Shown one piece after another: positions 63,361-64,000 of a stretch of 64,000 bases of DNA. The notes beneath the pieces are model-generated. The model did no database searches, was not told where the DNA came from, and was given only the letters and a program-made list of their open reading frames with translations. The stretch covers positions 5,029-69,028 of the forward strand of contig JAEUKY010000332.1 of the NCBI GenBank assembly GCA_016794005.1. Reading direction: 5' to 3'. Position numbers and translations under genes: made by a program. Within the stretch, counting starts at the first letter, position 1. Each line of letters begins with the position of its first letter. This stretch comes from Rhodospirillales bacterium (GTDB lineage Bacteria; Pseudomonadota; Alphaproteobacteria; CACIAM-22H2).

Positions 63361-64000
63361 TCAAGCCCGCCGCACCAGGCGCGCCGCGTAGAATCCGTCC
63401 ATCCCGCCGGCCTCGGCCCAGTGGCAGGGCAGCGTGACGAGATCGCCGTCGCCGGACACGAGCGCCGCGTCGCCGCCGATCTCGGCCGGATCCACCTTCC
63501 GGCGCGCGAACGCCTTGTCGCGCGCAAGGAACGCGGCGACGCGGCTGCGGCCCTCGCGCGGGTCGAGCGAGCACACGGCATAGACGAGCGTGCCGCCCGG
63601 CGCCGTCATCGCCGCCGCGGCGTCGAGCAGGCGGTCCTGCACGCCGACCAGCTTGTCGGCGTCGGCCGGCGACTTCAGGTACGCGATCTCGGGATGTCGG
63701 CGCAGCGTGCCGCTGGCCGTACAGGGCGCGTCGAGCAGCACGTGCCCGACCGGGGCTTCCGGCTTCCACACGGCGACGTCGGCGGCCACGCACGCCGCCG
63801 TCAGGCCCGTGCGCGCGAGATTCTCGCGCAACCGGCCGAGCCGTGCGGCCGACTGATCGACCGCCACGACTCGGGCCCCTGCGGCCGCCAGCTGGAGCGT
63901 CTTGCCGCCGGGTGCGGCGCAAAGATCGAGCACGTCCTTGCCCGACACGTCGCCGAGCAGGCGGGCGGGCAGGGCGGCGGCGGCATCCTGCACCCACCAT
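63361..64000 (-). CDS. rsmB: 16S rRNA (cytosine-C5)-methyltransferase RsmB/Sun family, N-terminus outside the window
   Basis: The frame is open to the window edge (..WWVQDAAAALPA). DLCAAPGGKT (SAM motif I), LLDAPCTASGTLRRHPE (catalytic Cys) and YAVCSL (second Cys) are present. Confidence 0.8.
   Translation of the reverse strand, partial: WWVQDAAAALPARLLGDVSGKDVLDLCAAPGGKTLQLAAAGARVVAVDQSAARLGRLRENLARTGLTAACVAADVAVWKPEAPVGHVLLDAPCTASGTLRRHPEIAYLKSPADADKLVGVQDRLLDAAAAMTAPGGTLVYAVCSLDPREGRSRVAAFLARDKAFARRKVDPAEIGGDAALVSGDGDLVTLPCHWAEAGGMDGFYAARLVRRA

Overview
High-GC (sampled coding lines are about 70-75% G+C) proteobacterial chromosome segment. Gene order at the right end (lptE/lptD, rpe, heparinase II/III-like, rsmB) suggests an alphaproteobacterium, with low confidence. 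About 56 kb of the window is one cell-surface glycan (LPS O-antigen or capsule type) locus of 53 tightly packed genes in three long co-directional runs (9073-33556, 36410-51393, 52537-56614), plus a leftward block at 1-7575. Recognisable content: (1) two Wzy_C/O-antigen-ligase-like membrane proteins and two SGNH esterases. (2) A wHTH regulator and an RfaH/NusG paralog at the head of a 23-gene run. (3) A pseudaminic-acid core (pseB, pseC, pseG-GNAT fusion, pseI) interrupted by a radical SAM/SPASM enzyme, dehydrogenases and SpsF-type cytidylyltransferases. (4) A HisH/HisF/WbpG-type acetamidino module and a formyltransferase. (5) An ArnC-like GT2 plus a GT-C membrane transferase. (6) Two AsnB-type amidotransferases. 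(7) A second nonulosonic-acid set (neuB/neuC/neuA-like). (8) A clear UDP-sulfoquinovose synthase (sqdB). (9) An MsbA/PglK-like ABC exporter, eight SAM methyltransferases, several GT4/GT2 transferases and three uncharacterised GT-B-like proteins sharing an (R/K)PHP motif. The right end carries housekeeping genes: lptE, lptD, rpe, a heparinase II/III-like gene, galE, rfbG and a partial rsmB. I saw no tRNA, rRNA, CRISPR array, transposase or integrase. The most interesting observations are three GTTC-N7-GAAC inverted repeats in the AT-rich divergent control region beside the regulator, an ops-like element downstream of the RfaH paralog, the non-canonical insertions in the Pse pathway, sqdB embedded among glycan transferases, and the match of three cytidylyltransferases to three HP-motif candidate transferases. 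All functional calls come from reading motifs by eye. No database search was run.
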